64,000 nucleotides of DNA from Rickettsiaceae bacterium (GTDB lineage Bacteria; Pseudomonadota; Alphaproteobacteria; Rickettsiales; Rickettsiaceae). Shown here one piece after another: positions 12,056-22,683 of the stretch; within the stretch, counting starts at the first letter, position 1; each line of letters begins with the position of its first letter. The DNA lies in the NCBI GenBank assembly GCA_024236375.1, contig JACKKP010000001.1:144266-208265 (forward strand), read 5' to 3'. A program made the position numbers and the translations under genes. Under the pieces are notes generated by a model that was given only the letters and a program-made list of their open reading frames with translations, was not told where the DNA came from and made no database searches.

Positions 12056-12362
12056 AATATTTTGATATACAAATAATTAAAATAAATTAAGGACAATATA
12101 ATAACAAATAGTAAATTTCTATCAATAAATAAAATAATTATGTATGAAAATAAACGAATTTAAACTAGATAAGGAGATTAAAATGTTGAAATAAATTTGT
12201 AATATAGAGATTTAAATAAGTTTTTAGTAATACAAAGATAAGGACAATGGAAAATTGATACTATTATCATTTATTACTTCTTATTAAGATAGAAATATCA
12301 TGAACTATAACTAAGATAGAGTGATGTATGTAATACTTCTTAAGTTTTATGCAATCTCAAAA

Positions 12363-12746
12363 CTATTTCTGAAAATAATTATCGGTTAATTCTAAATTAT
12401 CTGTTGTTGTGACCATAGTGTCACCTACTAATAACTGGTTATTATCATCTAATGTTAATTCCGCAATATTTAGTGATAATTGGTCTAACACATATTGCTT
12501 ATTATAAAGATTTTTTATAGCCAGTTTTTTATATTCGTTTCTATCACTAATACTTACTTTCTTGTAGATTGATAATAAGAGATGATGTTGTGGTGAGGTT
12601 GTAATATTTACATTATTTTGTGGTAAGAATTTGTATGGATTAGTACAAAGTTTATAAGTTTTTTGAATAGTCTTTTCTGGCTTAAGCTTGATGCTTTGAG
12701 CTCCTAATTGAGAGCAAGGTTGAGATATATCAGACTTTTTTGGCAT
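12363..12746 (-). CDS. Orphan protein, paralog of 11699-12055
   Basis: Same conserved blocks; upstream DNA is also similar. Confidence 0.65.
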   Translation of the reverse strand: MPKKSDISQPCSQLGAQSIKLKPEKTIQKTYKLCTNPYKFLPQNNVNITTSPQHHLLLSIYKKVSISDRNEYKKLAIKNLYNKQYVLDQLSLNIAELTLDDNNQLLVGDTMVTTTDNLELTDNYFQK

Positions 12747-12872
12747 TTGATAATATTATATAATATCGTTGAATAATGGATAATAATATAGTAAATGTCT
12801 ACTAATAGATCAAACTAATAGTTAAAAATAAATATATTTTTTGACTAGGTGTTTTAAAACATTTTCTATAAA

Positions 12873-13325
12873 TTAAAGCAAAAATAATTTTCTCTCTTCA
12901 ATTCTTCTTCTAACTAATCCTAATGTCTTTTTGCCAGCGCAATAAACCCATTTCAGTAATTCATTAGCAGCTTCATGATATAAATTATCATTAAGTTTAT
13001 GTCGTAAACTGGAACGTTGGAGTGCTGCTGCTCCTAGATTGAAAGTAAAAGAAACTAGTGCTGAAAATTGATTGTTAGATAATTCAGCATTGACATATCT
13101 TGAGACTGCTCTTTCTGCATGTAATAAGTCATGTCGAAGTAAAATCTCAGCTTCGCTATGTGTTATATATTTATAAGTTTTATGATCAGACACTTTATGT
13201 CCATAACCAATAGTAGTAAAGCCGGCAGGGCAAATATAAGGTACATGACTAAAGCCTTCAAAATATTTGATTAATTCTAGTCCAAGATTATTTATATCAC
13301 GGTGTATCTTTATGTGCGTTTCCAT
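12873..13325 (-). CDS. Phage-type lysozyme / endolysin (GH24)
   Basis: FEGFSHVPYICPAGFTTIGYGH (E-x8-C-x5-T catalytic pattern), QFSALVSFTFNLG, GLVRRRIEE. Confidence 0.93.
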   Translation of the reverse strand: METHIKIHRDINNLGLELIKYFEGFSHVPYICPAGFTTIGYGHKVSDHKTYKYITHSEAEILLRHDLLHAERAVSRYVNAELSNNQFSALVSFTFNLGAAALQRSSLRHKLNDNLYHEAANELLKWVYCAGKKTLGLVRRRIEERKLFLL

Positions 13326-13759
13326 AATTTTCTGAAGGTTCTTTGTCCATAATAAAAACTAATAATACCTGCAAAAATAGCTTGGTCATCGATACTCCAT
13401 ATAATATCTATATATTCTATTAAATGTGATGAAGTAGATAAGGCTTTATATTGAAGATATTTCACCCCTATATACATCATGAAAAAACTATAAGCCAGTA
13501 CGGGGCGCACTGAGCCATTTAATGCATCAATCCATTTTATATTTGTATTATAAGTGTTATATAAAGCGGCTTGCTCTAGCATATCTTGTGATAATTTGAT
13601 TTCTTCTAAAGAATTTTTAACTCCAATGCGATTATATTTGATTTGTTTGTCAAATATATTTAATTCATGTTTTTTATCATTTATATCTTTAAAATATTTT
13701 ATAATTTCTGGAATTATTGAACTAATAAACCCAGCCATTGATGCAAGTAATGTAATCAT
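13310..13759 (-). CDS. Putative holin, GTA 3TM-holin-like
   Basis: Three hydrophobic segments, WIDALNGSVRP and FYYGQR motifs, basic C-terminus; overlaps the lysozyme start. Confidence 0.7.
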   Translation of the reverse strand: MITLLASMAGFISSIIPEIIKYFKDINDKKHELNIFDKQIKYNRIGVKNSLEEIKLSQDMLEQAALYNTYNTNIKWIDALNGSVRPVLAYSFFMMYIGVKYLQYKALSTSSHLIEYIDIIWSIDDQAIFAGIISFYYGQRTFRKLWKRT

Positions 13760-13768
13760 AGATAAAGT

Positions 13769-14425
13769 TTAATAATTAAAGTTTTGCCCTAAGATGATGC
13801 CGAAATAATGATCAGTTTCAGGTAAAGCATAGAGTTTAAAAAAGCAAAGTGAATTTTTAGCGGGTGTTACAGAAGGCGGATTTTCATTATTCCATAAAAT
13901 ATTTGATGACCAAGTTAAATTATTTGTAGTAGAATTAGATTGTTTAATGATTAAATTGACGCTTTCAAAATTCAGATTTTGAGCAATAATTTCTGTATCT
14001 TCACTTAAGTATAAGTAATGATTTTTGACATTGGCAGGCAATAAATGCTGTCCATATATCCCTGAAAAACTATTAGGTTGCTTAGTTAATGTTTGAGTTG
14101 GCATATTAATACAATCTTGCCATACATCTTTTGCATAAAACAGGAACTTAGCCATTGATAACATGTATATTACCATGCCGTCACGTGGCTCATGAATCAT
14201 TATAGGTTTTGATTCGTGCGGACGATAACAAATTTTATTTTTATTTTCTCCAGACCGAATTATATATTTTACGCCTGCATCTAACTCAAGAGGTGTAGTT
14301 TCAATAAAATCGCAGATACTTAAATTAGAAAAGTCATCTAATTTTAAAATCGCTTCGTTATAAATTATGTCTTTGTTAATTTGCGATGGTACCATCAATT
14401 CTAATGACAAATTATTAGTTTTCAT
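13769..14425 (-). CDS. DUF2793-domain protein (GTA/phage tail fibre-like)
   Basis: N-terminus TNNLSLELMVPSQINKDIIYNEAILKLD matches the DUF2793 pattern; EPRDGM..W follows. Lies between megatron and holin. Confidence 0.7.
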   Translation of the reverse strand: MKTNNLSLELMVPSQINKDIIYNEAILKLDDFSNLSICDFIETTPLELDAGVKYIIRSGENKNKICYRPHESKPIMIHEPRDGMVIYMLSMAKFLFYAKDVWQDCINMPTQTLTKQPNSFSGIYGQHLLPANVKNHYLYLSEDTEIIAQNLNFESVNLIIKQSNSTTNNLTWSSNILWNNENPPSVTPAKNSLCFFKLYALPETDHYFGIILGQNFNY

Positions 14426-14437
14426 ATTAGACCTCAG

Positions 14438-17400
14438 TTAATTTATAAAAGGAATTATATTGATTTTATATGGTTCACTAACATGAAAATTGTCTATCAA
14501 AATAGAAGTTTGATTGGTAATTAATTCTTGATTGTAATAGGCGCTAGTGATTTGCACCTTATATTGGTAAGTTAAGTTGTGTGCTAAGTTCCAGCCATTA
14601 TCATTAGAAAGCCGGTGAGCCCATTGGATATATAGACTATTATTTATTTGTTTCTGCTCTCGAATATATATAGAAAAATTATCATTATTAGATTTAATTT
14701 TAGTGATGGCTTGATTATATCCACATTTAAAATATAACACTTGATTTAGTAAATTATTTGATATTGTCAGTAAATTTTTCTTTTGCTGTAAATAAGAAAA
14801 TTGTTCATAGGCATCATGGTTATTTATATATTGATGCGTTCCTTTTAAACCACGTATTAAATGCGAAATACGATAATGATTTTGGTCTAATTGTTCAATA
14901 TTTTTGAAAGCTAAAATTTCCTTGCCAATTTGAACTTCATGCCACATCAGACCTGAATTTAAAATAAGATTTTTAGTATTCACCAATATATAGCTACTTT
15001 CATCTATTAAAAAAATATTTGCTTCTTGGGGTTGTACAAATTTTTCTGTAAAAGCTATAAATTTACTAGGAATAAGATTAGTGATTAATCTCCAATTTTG
15101 TTCACTTGCAAGTTTCATATATAATGGTTTCATAAGTGGCCCGATATAATTTACTGCAAGTTTAATAGCGTCTTTTGTCAAATCATTTTCTAAAATATCG
15201 ATAAATAAATGATTGTTATTACTTAAATTTGCTTTAATTTCACTACTATTAGTGCAAGAAAAATCACGACAATATAATTCTTTTTGATCAATAATTGCGG
15301 TAATTTCACAAGCTAAATTTTGTATCTCTACATTAATAATACGTAACTTATATATTTTTTGTTCCGATTTTAATTCTAGAAAATCACAAGGTTTGAGGGA
15401 AAAATATTGACATGAAATAGAAAATTTAATTATGGAATTTTCTACCATAGCATTTGCTAATACCAAATTACCAATATTTTCTGCTTCATTTTCGCTCAGC
15501 ACAATTGGCAATCTAATATTTGCAGATGGGCTATAAGAGTCTAATTCGTTATAAAAATTTTTATACGCTTTTTTATAATCATAAATATTATGAATATAAT
15601 ATAAGTTAAGTTGTGAGAGTTTTAAACTCGCTGGAATATCAGTTTCTTCAAAATAACTATTATCATTGAGTTTCAGACAATGATTATCATCAATGGAGAT
15701 GATGTTATTGACACCACGTCTTATAAAAGAAATAAAATTTGTGGCATAACTATTAATATCAAAAAAATATGCCGCTCGTAGAGTATTGATTGCATTTTCA
15801 GCGCTGATTTGATTGCTAAAATTAACTCCCTCTACAGGCAAATCTACACTAGATGTATCTATTTGACTAATATCTAATTTAGATTTTTGAGAAATTTCTA
15901 ATAATATTGCTGCTAGGTTAGTATTACCAAATTTATTATTAACCCAGTGGCCTTTCTCCCATAAATAACCATCTCGCCAAATATTCATATGAGGCCAAGC
16001 TGGATAAGGACGTGCATCCCAAGTCCATAAAAACATTTGCTCAATATATTCTTCCTTTTGCCAATATTTGATGAAGCTATTAATAGCTCTTCTCTGAATA
16101 GCAAAATCAATATTGCCATTTGAATATTTTGGGATACCCCCATCAAAACATTTAGGATCAAAAAAAACATTTGGCTGATTTGGCGCTTTATCAATTGACG
16201 GAAATCCATATTCTGTAAACCAAATAGGTTTTGATTTAGGGATCCATTTTGATTTAGTATTATCCGGATTAATATGAAAATTTTCCCACCAATAACGTAA
16301 GTTTTTCCAAGCATAAGCAGGCTTTAAGAATTTTTTGTCACCAGTTTGTTGATCTATATAATAATCATAACCTTCACCTTTACCCCATCCGTGGTCAATA
16401 TCAGCAAAATCAATTACAGAAGAAATAGAATCAGTAACAGGAAAATATGCATCAATCCCAATAAAATCTATATCAGGTGATGACCAAAGAGGATCTAAAT
16501 TATACCATCCACCTTCCGTATGATGATATTCCGACCAATCAGCTGCGTAAGAAATTTTCACATTTTCTCCTACTATGTTTTTTACTAATGCAGCTAATTT
16601 TATCAATTCCTCTACGGCTACGTAATAACCAGACATGCCAATTTTTGTCAAACCTATTAGTTCAGAGCCAATAATAAAAGCATCCACATGGTCTTTAACC
16701 AAATTTGCGTAATGTAAAATAAATTCGTTATAACCATTTGTCTTATTAAAAAACTGGTAAATACCATCTGGGTCTCCTGTCACGCGGCCCCGCCAAGGCT
16801 TTTTGTCTACATCTAAAAAAAACATTGGATAAAACATGATCTTTAAACCCCTGTTTTTTAGTTCTATCAAATAACGAATAACACTTTTATCATTAACAGT
16901 TCCGCCATATAATGGATTCCCATTTTCATCTTTTTTAATTTCATATGCATTATTACGATTATATTTTCCGACTTGCCATGCCTCAGAATATTCAATATTT
17001 TCATCTCTAAATTCAATAGCAGGTTTTATTAAGCATTTTGATGCGTCTAAATTATCTGCAAACCAACAAACTACAGGGGATACCCAATCTATATTTTGGC
17101 AAATTGTCTGTAACTGATCTAGACTATATACACTATCCGCTATATTTTTATCATTATGGGAATTAATTAAGATTGGTGAGATAAAATCAGGAATATTTCT
17201 TTGTTTCTTGGATTGAATTTTAGTGTCATAAACATATTCACCTGAGCCAGGGATGATCACTATTGATTCTATCATATCCTCTACTGATTTTTGCTGCGTA
17301 ATATTCGCTTTTCTAATCACTTCAAAGGATAAATTAGGTATCATATTATCAAAATCTGACAAGGGTAATTGTTCAAATACAATATAAGCAAGTCCGCGAT

Positions 17401-17929
17401 AAGCTGGGGCCCCTAACTCTTTGAGACATGACTCAATTAATGGATCAGGCATTTGTTCTTCAGAGCCTTTATATAAGCGAAAATTGTAATGGCTGAGATC
17501 AATTAAAGTATTATGATGCCATATCCGATTGATTTCTAAGATCTCACCTTCGCATAAAGCCATAGCAAAATTAGCATAATACTCTAATTCAGTGTTTTGA
17601 GTGTGGTGTAAGATGTTTGATGCGCTTACATATTTTTTAATATCAAAAATATTATGCTTAGTGGTTATTTCATCTGCCCAAATAATTTGCCCTGGTATTC
17701 TTACTTTTCCAAAAATTAGTGGAATCGCTGTACCATATTCAGCCCTAACTATTTTAAAGCTGTCACGTAAATTAGTGAATTTGTGAGTAAATTTATTACG
17801 TTGAAACCATTTTTTTTCTAAATAGTTTCCTGCAATTTGCCCAGTATATTTGCCCAAAGTTGATAATATACCACCTCCCAGATATCCACCAATTCGACTA
17901 GTAATATTAGACATAATGCTGCCCAGCAT
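14438..17929 (-). CDS. GTA-type baseplate megatron / host-specificity protein (TIM-barrel + phage tail domain)
   Basis: YGTAIPLIFGKVRIPGQIIWA, PAYRGLAYIVFE..L..F..IPNLSFEV, IPGSGEY, PWRGR, ISYAADWSEY, SKPIWFTEYG, WTWDARPYP, RGLKGT. Confidence 0.9.
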   Translation of the reverse strand: MLGSIMSNITSRIGGYLGGGILSTLGKYTGQIAGNYLEKKWFQRNKFTHKFTNLRDSFKIVRAEYGTAIPLIFGKVRIPGQIIWADEITTKHNIFDIKKYVSASNILHHTQNTELEYYANFAMALCEGEILEINRIWHHNTLIDLSHYNFRLYKGSEEQMPDPLIESCLKELGAPAYRGLAYIVFEQLPLSDFDNMIPNLSFEVIRKANITQQKSVEDMIESIVIIPGSGEYVYDTKIQSKKQRNIPDFISPILINSHNDKNIADSVYSLDQLQTICQNIDWVSPVVCWFADNLDASKCLIKPAIEFRDENIEYSEAWQVGKYNRNNAYEIKKDENGNPLYGGTVNDKSVIRYLIELKNRGLKIMFYPMFFLDVDKKPWRGRVTGDPDGIYQFFNKTNGYNEFILHYANLVKDHVDAFIIGSELIGLTKIGMSGYYVAVEELIKLAALVKNIVGENVKISYAADWSEYHHTEGGWYNLDPLWSSPDIDFIGIDAYFPVTDSISSVIDFADIDHGWGKGEGYDYYIDQQTGDKKFLKPAYAWKNLRYWWENFHINPDNTKSKWIPKSKPIWFTEYGFPSIDKAPNQPNVFFDPKCFDGGIPKYSNGNIDFAIQRRAINSFIKYWQKEEYIEQMFLWTWDARPYPAWPHMNIWRDGYLWEKGHWVNNKFGNTNLAAILLEISQKSKLDISQIDTSSVDLPVEGVNFSNQISAENAINTLRAAYFFDINSYATNFISFIRRGVNNIISIDDNHCLKLNDNSYFEETDIPASLKLSQLNLYYIHNIYDYKKAYKNFYNELDSYSPSANIRLPIVLSENEAENIGNLVLANAMVENSIIKFSISCQYFSLKPCDFLELKSEQKIYKLRIINVEIQNLACEITAIIDQKELYCRDFSCTNSSEIKANLSNNNHLFIDILENDLTKDAIKLAVNYIGPLMKPLYMKLASEQNWRLITNLIPSKFIAFTEKFVQPQEANIFLIDESSYILVNTKNLILNSGLMWHEVQIGKEILAFKNIEQLDQNHYRISHLIRGLKGTHQYINNHDAYEQFSYLQQKKNLLTISNNLLNQVLYFKCGYNQAITKIKSNNDNFSIYIREQKQINNSLYIQWAHRLSNDNGWNLAHNLTYQYKVQITSAYYNQELITNQTSILIDNFHVSEPYKINIIPFIN

Positions 17930-18051
17930 AACTACCTCATTTCTAAAAAATTGTAAGGTGTTATGATAGGCAAAAACTATATGACACTAAGTAATATCAA
18001 GAATTCGCTCGAATGCTTAATGTCTAGACAATTTTGAGTTTTTAGAAATAT

Positions 18052-20388
18052 TCAATCATCAAGTTGGGATGGGTTCTTAACCAGAGCATGTTCCAATACT
18101 TCTTCTATAGTTGATACTGGCACAATATTTAATTGATTTTTGATATTATCTGGAATATCCACTAAATCTTTGATGTTATCCTTTGGTATTAAAACTTTTT
18201 TGATGCCCGCTCTGCTTGCTGCAAGTAATTTTTCTTTTAAGCCACCAATTGGAAATACTCTACCACGTAAAGTAATTTCTCCTGTCATGGCTACGTCTTT
18301 ACTAACTGGCGTTTTTGTCATAAGTGATACAAGTGTTGTATAAATTGCTATACCCGCTGAAGGACCATCTTTTGGAGTAGCGCCCTCAGGAAAATGTAGA
18401 TGAATACTGTACTTTTTGTAATCACTGTCTTTTAAACCTAATTTCTCAGCACGAGATAAAAAGCAACTATAAGCAGCTTGTACGGACTCTTTAATGACAT
18501 CGCCTAATTTACCAGTAAATGTTATTTTTGCTTTATCTTCTTTAAAGCAAGTAGCTTCAATAGTGAGCAAATCTCCGCCTACTTCTGTGTAAGCAAGTCC
18601 GGTAGTAACACCAATTTGGTCCTCTTCTTCTGCTAAACCAAAACGATATTTTCTGATTCCTAAATATTGTTCAACATCTTTTGCATTAATAGTAATCGAC
18701 TTAATAGTTTTGTCTTGTAATATTTTAGTTAAACTTTTTCTAGCTAATGCTCCTATTTCGCGTTCTAAAGCCCTCACCCCAGATTCTTTAGTATAATATC
18801 TGATTAATTCTATTAAAGTTTCTTCAGGGATTATTAGTTCGTTTTTACGCAGACCGTGTAATTTCATTTGTTTTGTGACTAAGTGTCTTTTAGCAATCTC
18901 AAGTTTTTCTTCTTCAATATAACCTGCAATATTAATTATTTCCATACGGTCTAATAAAGGTCTTGGTAAGTTATAAGAGTTTGCTGTAGCAACAAAAACT
19001 ACTTTAGATAAATCATATCCTACTTCTAAATAGTGATCACTAAATTGATTATTTTGTTCATGATCTAAAACTTCTAATAGGGCAGATGCTGGGTCTCCTC
19101 TAAAATCGGCACTCATTTTGTCAATCTCGTCTAGTAACATCACTGGATTATCATATTTAGCTTTTTTAAGCAAATTAATGATTTTACCGGGCATGGATCC
19201 TAGATAAGTACGTCTGTGACCACGTATTTCTGCTTCGTCTTTGACACCTCCTAAAGAAAATTTGGCATATTTCCTTCCCATTGCATCAGCAATTGATTTA
19301 ACTAATGAAGTCTTACCAACTCCTGGTGGGCCAATCAGACATAAAATAGGGCCCTTAATTTTACTCGAACGTTGTAGAACAGAAACATATTCAACTATTC
19401 TTTCTTTTACTTTGGATAGTCCATAATGATCTCTATCTAAAATTTCTTTAGTTATATTAATATCAATTTTTTTGTTTGTAGTGCGTCCCCATGGCAGAGA
19501 CAATAAAGTATCTAAATAATTACGAGATACAGAAGATTCTGCTGACATTGGGTTCATCATTTTGAGTTTTTTAAGCTCTGATAAAGCTTTATCTCTTGCT
19601 TCTTCTGATAAGTCCAGCTTCTTTATCTTGCTTTCTATATGTTTAAATTCTGATTTTTCCTCGCCTCCTTCGATTTCCTGTTGGATAGCTTTCATCTGTT
19701 CGTTAAGATAGAATTCGCGTTGAGTTTTTTCTATCTGTTTTTTAACTCTATGTTGAACTTGTTGATCAATATCAAGCTGCGTATTTTCAGAAATTGTGAT
19801 GCTTAATAATTGTTCGACACGTTTATTTAAATCTTTTTCCTCAAGAATTGCCTGTTTCTTCTGAATATCAATATTTAAATGTGAAGCGATAATATTGCTA
19901 ATATAGCTTGGATTGGTCTGACTACTTAAAACATTAATTACATCTAGATTAATTCTTTTATTAATTCTGATATAATCTTGAAATGCTTCAATCAGAGTTT
20001 TACTGATTTCATTTAACAATTGATCATCTTTAACAATATCTGGTACTATTTCATAACTAGCTGTAAAAAATTCTTTTTCCTCTAGGTTTAATAATTTTAC
20101 TCGTTGAATAGCTTCTACCAAAATTTTAGCATTTTCATTTGGTAATTTAACAGTTTGAATTATTCGAGCTAGGACTCCGATTTTGTATAAATCAGCACTA
20201 GTTGGGTCTTCAAGATCAGTTTTTTTTTGGGTAGAAAGTAATATATGATGTCCTTCTTTAATTTCTTTTGCAGCTGCTAAAGCTTTAATAGATTTACTTC
20301 TGCCAACAAAAATTGAAGTTATAGTGCCAGGAAAAATCACTGTATCACGTAAAGCAAGCAAAGGTAAGGAAGAAATTTCTGATGCCAT
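18052..20388 (-). CDS. lon: ATP-dependent protease La
   Basis: LPLLALRD N-domain, DHYGL, GPPGVGKTS, PKDGPSAG (catalytic Ser), IGGLKEK. Confidence 0.98.
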   Translation of the reverse strand: MASEISSLPLLALRDTVIFPGTITSIFVGRSKSIKALAAAKEIKEGHHILLSTQKKTDLEDPTSADLYKIGVLARIIQTVKLPNENAKILVEAIQRVKLLNLEEKEFFTASYEIVPDIVKDDQLLNEISKTLIEAFQDYIRINKRINLDVINVLSSQTNPSYISNIIASHLNIDIQKKQAILEEKDLNKRVEQLLSITISENTQLDIDQQVQHRVKKQIEKTQREFYLNEQMKAIQQEIEGGEEKSEFKHIESKIKKLDLSEEARDKALSELKKLKMMNPMSAESSVSRNYLDTLLSLPWGRTTNKKIDINITKEILDRDHYGLSKVKERIVEYVSVLQRSSKIKGPILCLIGPPGVGKTSLVKSIADAMGRKYAKFSLGGVKDEAEIRGHRRTYLGSMPGKIINLLKKAKYDNPVMLLDEIDKMSADFRGDPASALLEVLDHEQNNQFSDHYLEVGYDLSKVVFVATANSYNLPRPLLDRMEIINIAGYIEEEKLEIAKRHLVTKQMKLHGLRKNELIIPEETLIELIRYYTKESGVRALEREIGALARKSLTKILQDKTIKSITINAKDVEQYLGIRKYRFGLAEEEDQIGVTTGLAYTEVGGDLLTIEATCFKEDKAKITFTGKLGDVIKESVQAAYSCFLSRAEKLGLKDSDYKKYSIHLHFPEGATPKDGPSAGIAIYTTLVSLMTKTPVSKDVAMTGEITLRGRVFPIGGLKEKLLAASRAGIKKVLIPKDNIKDLVDIPDNIKNQLNIVPVSTIEEVLEHALVKNPSQLDD

Positions 20389-20556
20389 TTTTATTAAGTC
20401 CAAATAAAATTATACTATAACTTGTTAGTAGCTATATAATATGTATATATATTAGTTTTTCAAGATAATAAGCCCAGATAGGTTTTTATTACCTATGTAT
20501 TATAATAGAAATATTAAAAGCTAGTTTTGAATATCATAAAACTATGATAAAATTTT

Positions 20557-21528
20557 GTGAAGAAAATTTATCCATTATTAGATGAAAATATGCACCATCA
20601 AGATAATATAATCATTAAGGCACATAATAGAATCAAAAATTATATCTATAATACACCTCTAATATATTGTTCTACTCTAAGTGCTCTATTAGAGAATAGA
20701 GTTTATCTGAAATTAGATTCAATGCAAATTACTAATGCTTTTAAAATTAGAGGTGTGTTAAACTTTTTAATCGACGCTAAAGAACATAATCAATTACCAG
20801 ATAAAATAGTTGCATATAGTACAGGTAATCATGCGCTAGCTATGGGATACATTAGTAAGTTGTTTGGATTACATACACGTATTTATTTACCTACATATGT
20901 TGCTGATAGAAAGAAAGAAATGCTCAAATATTTGGGTATTGAAATAATAGAAGTAGAAACACGTAGTCAAGCTGAATCTTTAACATATCATGATTCATTG
21001 AATGGATTTACTTTTATCCCACCTTCTGATCATGATTTAGTCATATCAGGAGCTGGAACAATGTGTTATGAAGCATTAACAAAGTTGAAATCACAAAATA
21101 TTACACCCGATGTAATATTTGCTCCTTGCGGAGGAGGCGGGTTATTAGCTGGTAGTTATTTAGCAAAGGAATTCTATTCACCTAGCAGTAAAATTTATGG
21201 AATTGAGCCAATTGAAGCAAATGACGCTCATAAATCAGTAAAAAATAATTTCATTTTTAGATTTGACAATAGCCCTCACACCGCCGCAGATGGACTGAGA
21301 GCGCTTAGTATATCTGAGAGGACGTTCCAATATTTGAAAAAACTTGATGATATATATTTAATTGAAGAAAGTGAGATAATTTACTGGAATCAATTCTTTA
21401 ATAATACTTTTCCTTTTTGTGCCGAATTATCGTCCACTATTTGCTTAGCCGCTGCTAAAAAATGGTCACACGAAAACCCTAAAGGTCAAACGATATTATT
21501 ATTAATTAGTGGTGGGAATCATGGTTGA
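20557..21528 (+). CDS. PLP-dependent serine/threonine dehydratase
   Basis: AFKIRG (PLP Lys), STGNH, PCGGGGLL, ISGGN. Confidence 0.9.
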   Translation: MKKIYPLLDENMHHQDNIIIKAHNRIKNYIYNTPLIYCSTLSALLENRVYLKLDSMQITNAFKIRGVLNFLIDAKEHNQLPDKIVAYSTGNHALAMGYISKLFGLHTRIYLPTYVADRKKEMLKYLGIEIIEVETRSQAESLTYHDSLNGFTFIPPSDHDLVISGAGTMCYEALTKLKSQNITPDVIFAPCGGGGLLAGSYLAKEFYSPSSKIYGIEPIEANDAHKSVKNNFIFRFDNSPHTAADGLRALSISERTFQYLKKLDDIYLIEESEIIYWNQFFNNTFPFCAELSSTICLAAAKKWSHENPKGQTILLLISGGNHG

Positions 21529-21798
21529 GAATATCTCTAAAACTATGAGCAATAATTCAGTAGTGAGTAAAATATCTTCAAATTGCTGCATAAAGTTGTA
21601 AGTACTTATATAGCAAATTCTACAGTGGATTAATATTTTTGTATAACAAGTTTACAAAATTCATATTGATATATAAAATTTCTTCACATTTTTTGATTTG
21701 AATCATATTATTTACATCATTTAATAATGTGTACAGAGTTAATGACTTTGGATTTTTGTAACACAAACTACCTCCTAACTAAGATGAGTTTATAATTT

Positions 21799-22278
21799 AT
21801 GAATTTAGCAAGTAAAAATTATATATCTTTAATTACATGGGTTGTAATACTAGTCTTGATTGGATCGATCATAGGATCCCTTACAAAAACGGAAGTTAAT
21901 ACATGGTATAGCACTCTAAGTCGTTCACCTTTTACCCCACCAAATTATGTATTTCCTATTGCTTGGACTATTTTATATATAATAATTGCGATTTGTGGTT
22001 TTATAATTTGGCGTCAGCAATCATCTCGAACATTAAAGATTATCAAAAACTTATATATGTTGCAGCTAATACTAAATTGGAGCTGGACACCATTATTTTT
22101 CTACTATCACTTAATTGGCTTTTCTCTTATATCTCTAGCAGTAATGGATATTATAGTTGTTACGATTATTTTCTTCTCGTATAACAACATAAGATCAGTC
22201 TCACTACTAATGATCCCTTATTTATTATGGCTGCTATTTGCTACATACTTAAATTTTTATATATGGCAATATAATTAA
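21799..22278 (+). CDS. tspO: TspO/MBR family tryptophan-rich sensory protein
   Basis: WYSTL..PFTPPNYVFPIAWTILY, LNWSWTPLFF, PYLLWLLFATYLN; 5 TM segments. Confidence 0.93.
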   Translation: MNLASKNYISLITWVVILVLIGSIIGSLTKTEVNTWYSTLSRSPFTPPNYVFPIAWTILYIIIAICGFIIWRQQSSRTLKIIKNLYMLQLILNWSWTPLFFYYHLIGFSLISLAVMDIIVVTIIFFSYNNIRSVSLLMIPYLLWLLFATYLNFYIWQYN

Positions 22279-22683
22279 GGCTTAGATATATGGTTTAATA
22301 TATGAATTTAGCAAATCAGATCTCTAGAAAATCTACTTGACGGCTAGAATTTAACCCTGATAGTCTGTAAATCTTATCCATTAGCAATTCTATCAAATTA
22401 CCAATACATAAATTAAAAATTAGTTGTAGTGAGCAGATTGACTCTTATCTGAACCAAGCATAGTTTGTAGAGTATTATTAAAATTTTAATAATAACGCAA
22501 TATTTTTTGATGAAAAAACTAATAAAAAACTTTTATTTATGCTAATTAATAACACTTCATATAAGACTTGCAAAAACGTTACAAATAAACTACTAATAAG
22601 TAAAGGTTTATTAATTACTGAATTTCTTGCTGGTCTCAAAAGGCACAATTAGCAAGAAAATACAATATAAGTAAAGGTTGTTT

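Noticed and set aside
12873-17929. Intact prophage
   Set aside because: No integrase, att repeats, replication, head or packaging genes in the window; flanked by host genes.
17930-18051. CtrA box (TTAA-N7-TTAA) upstream of the GTA-like operon
   Set aside because: No correctly spaced full site found by eye; TTAA half-sites are uninformative at this AT content.
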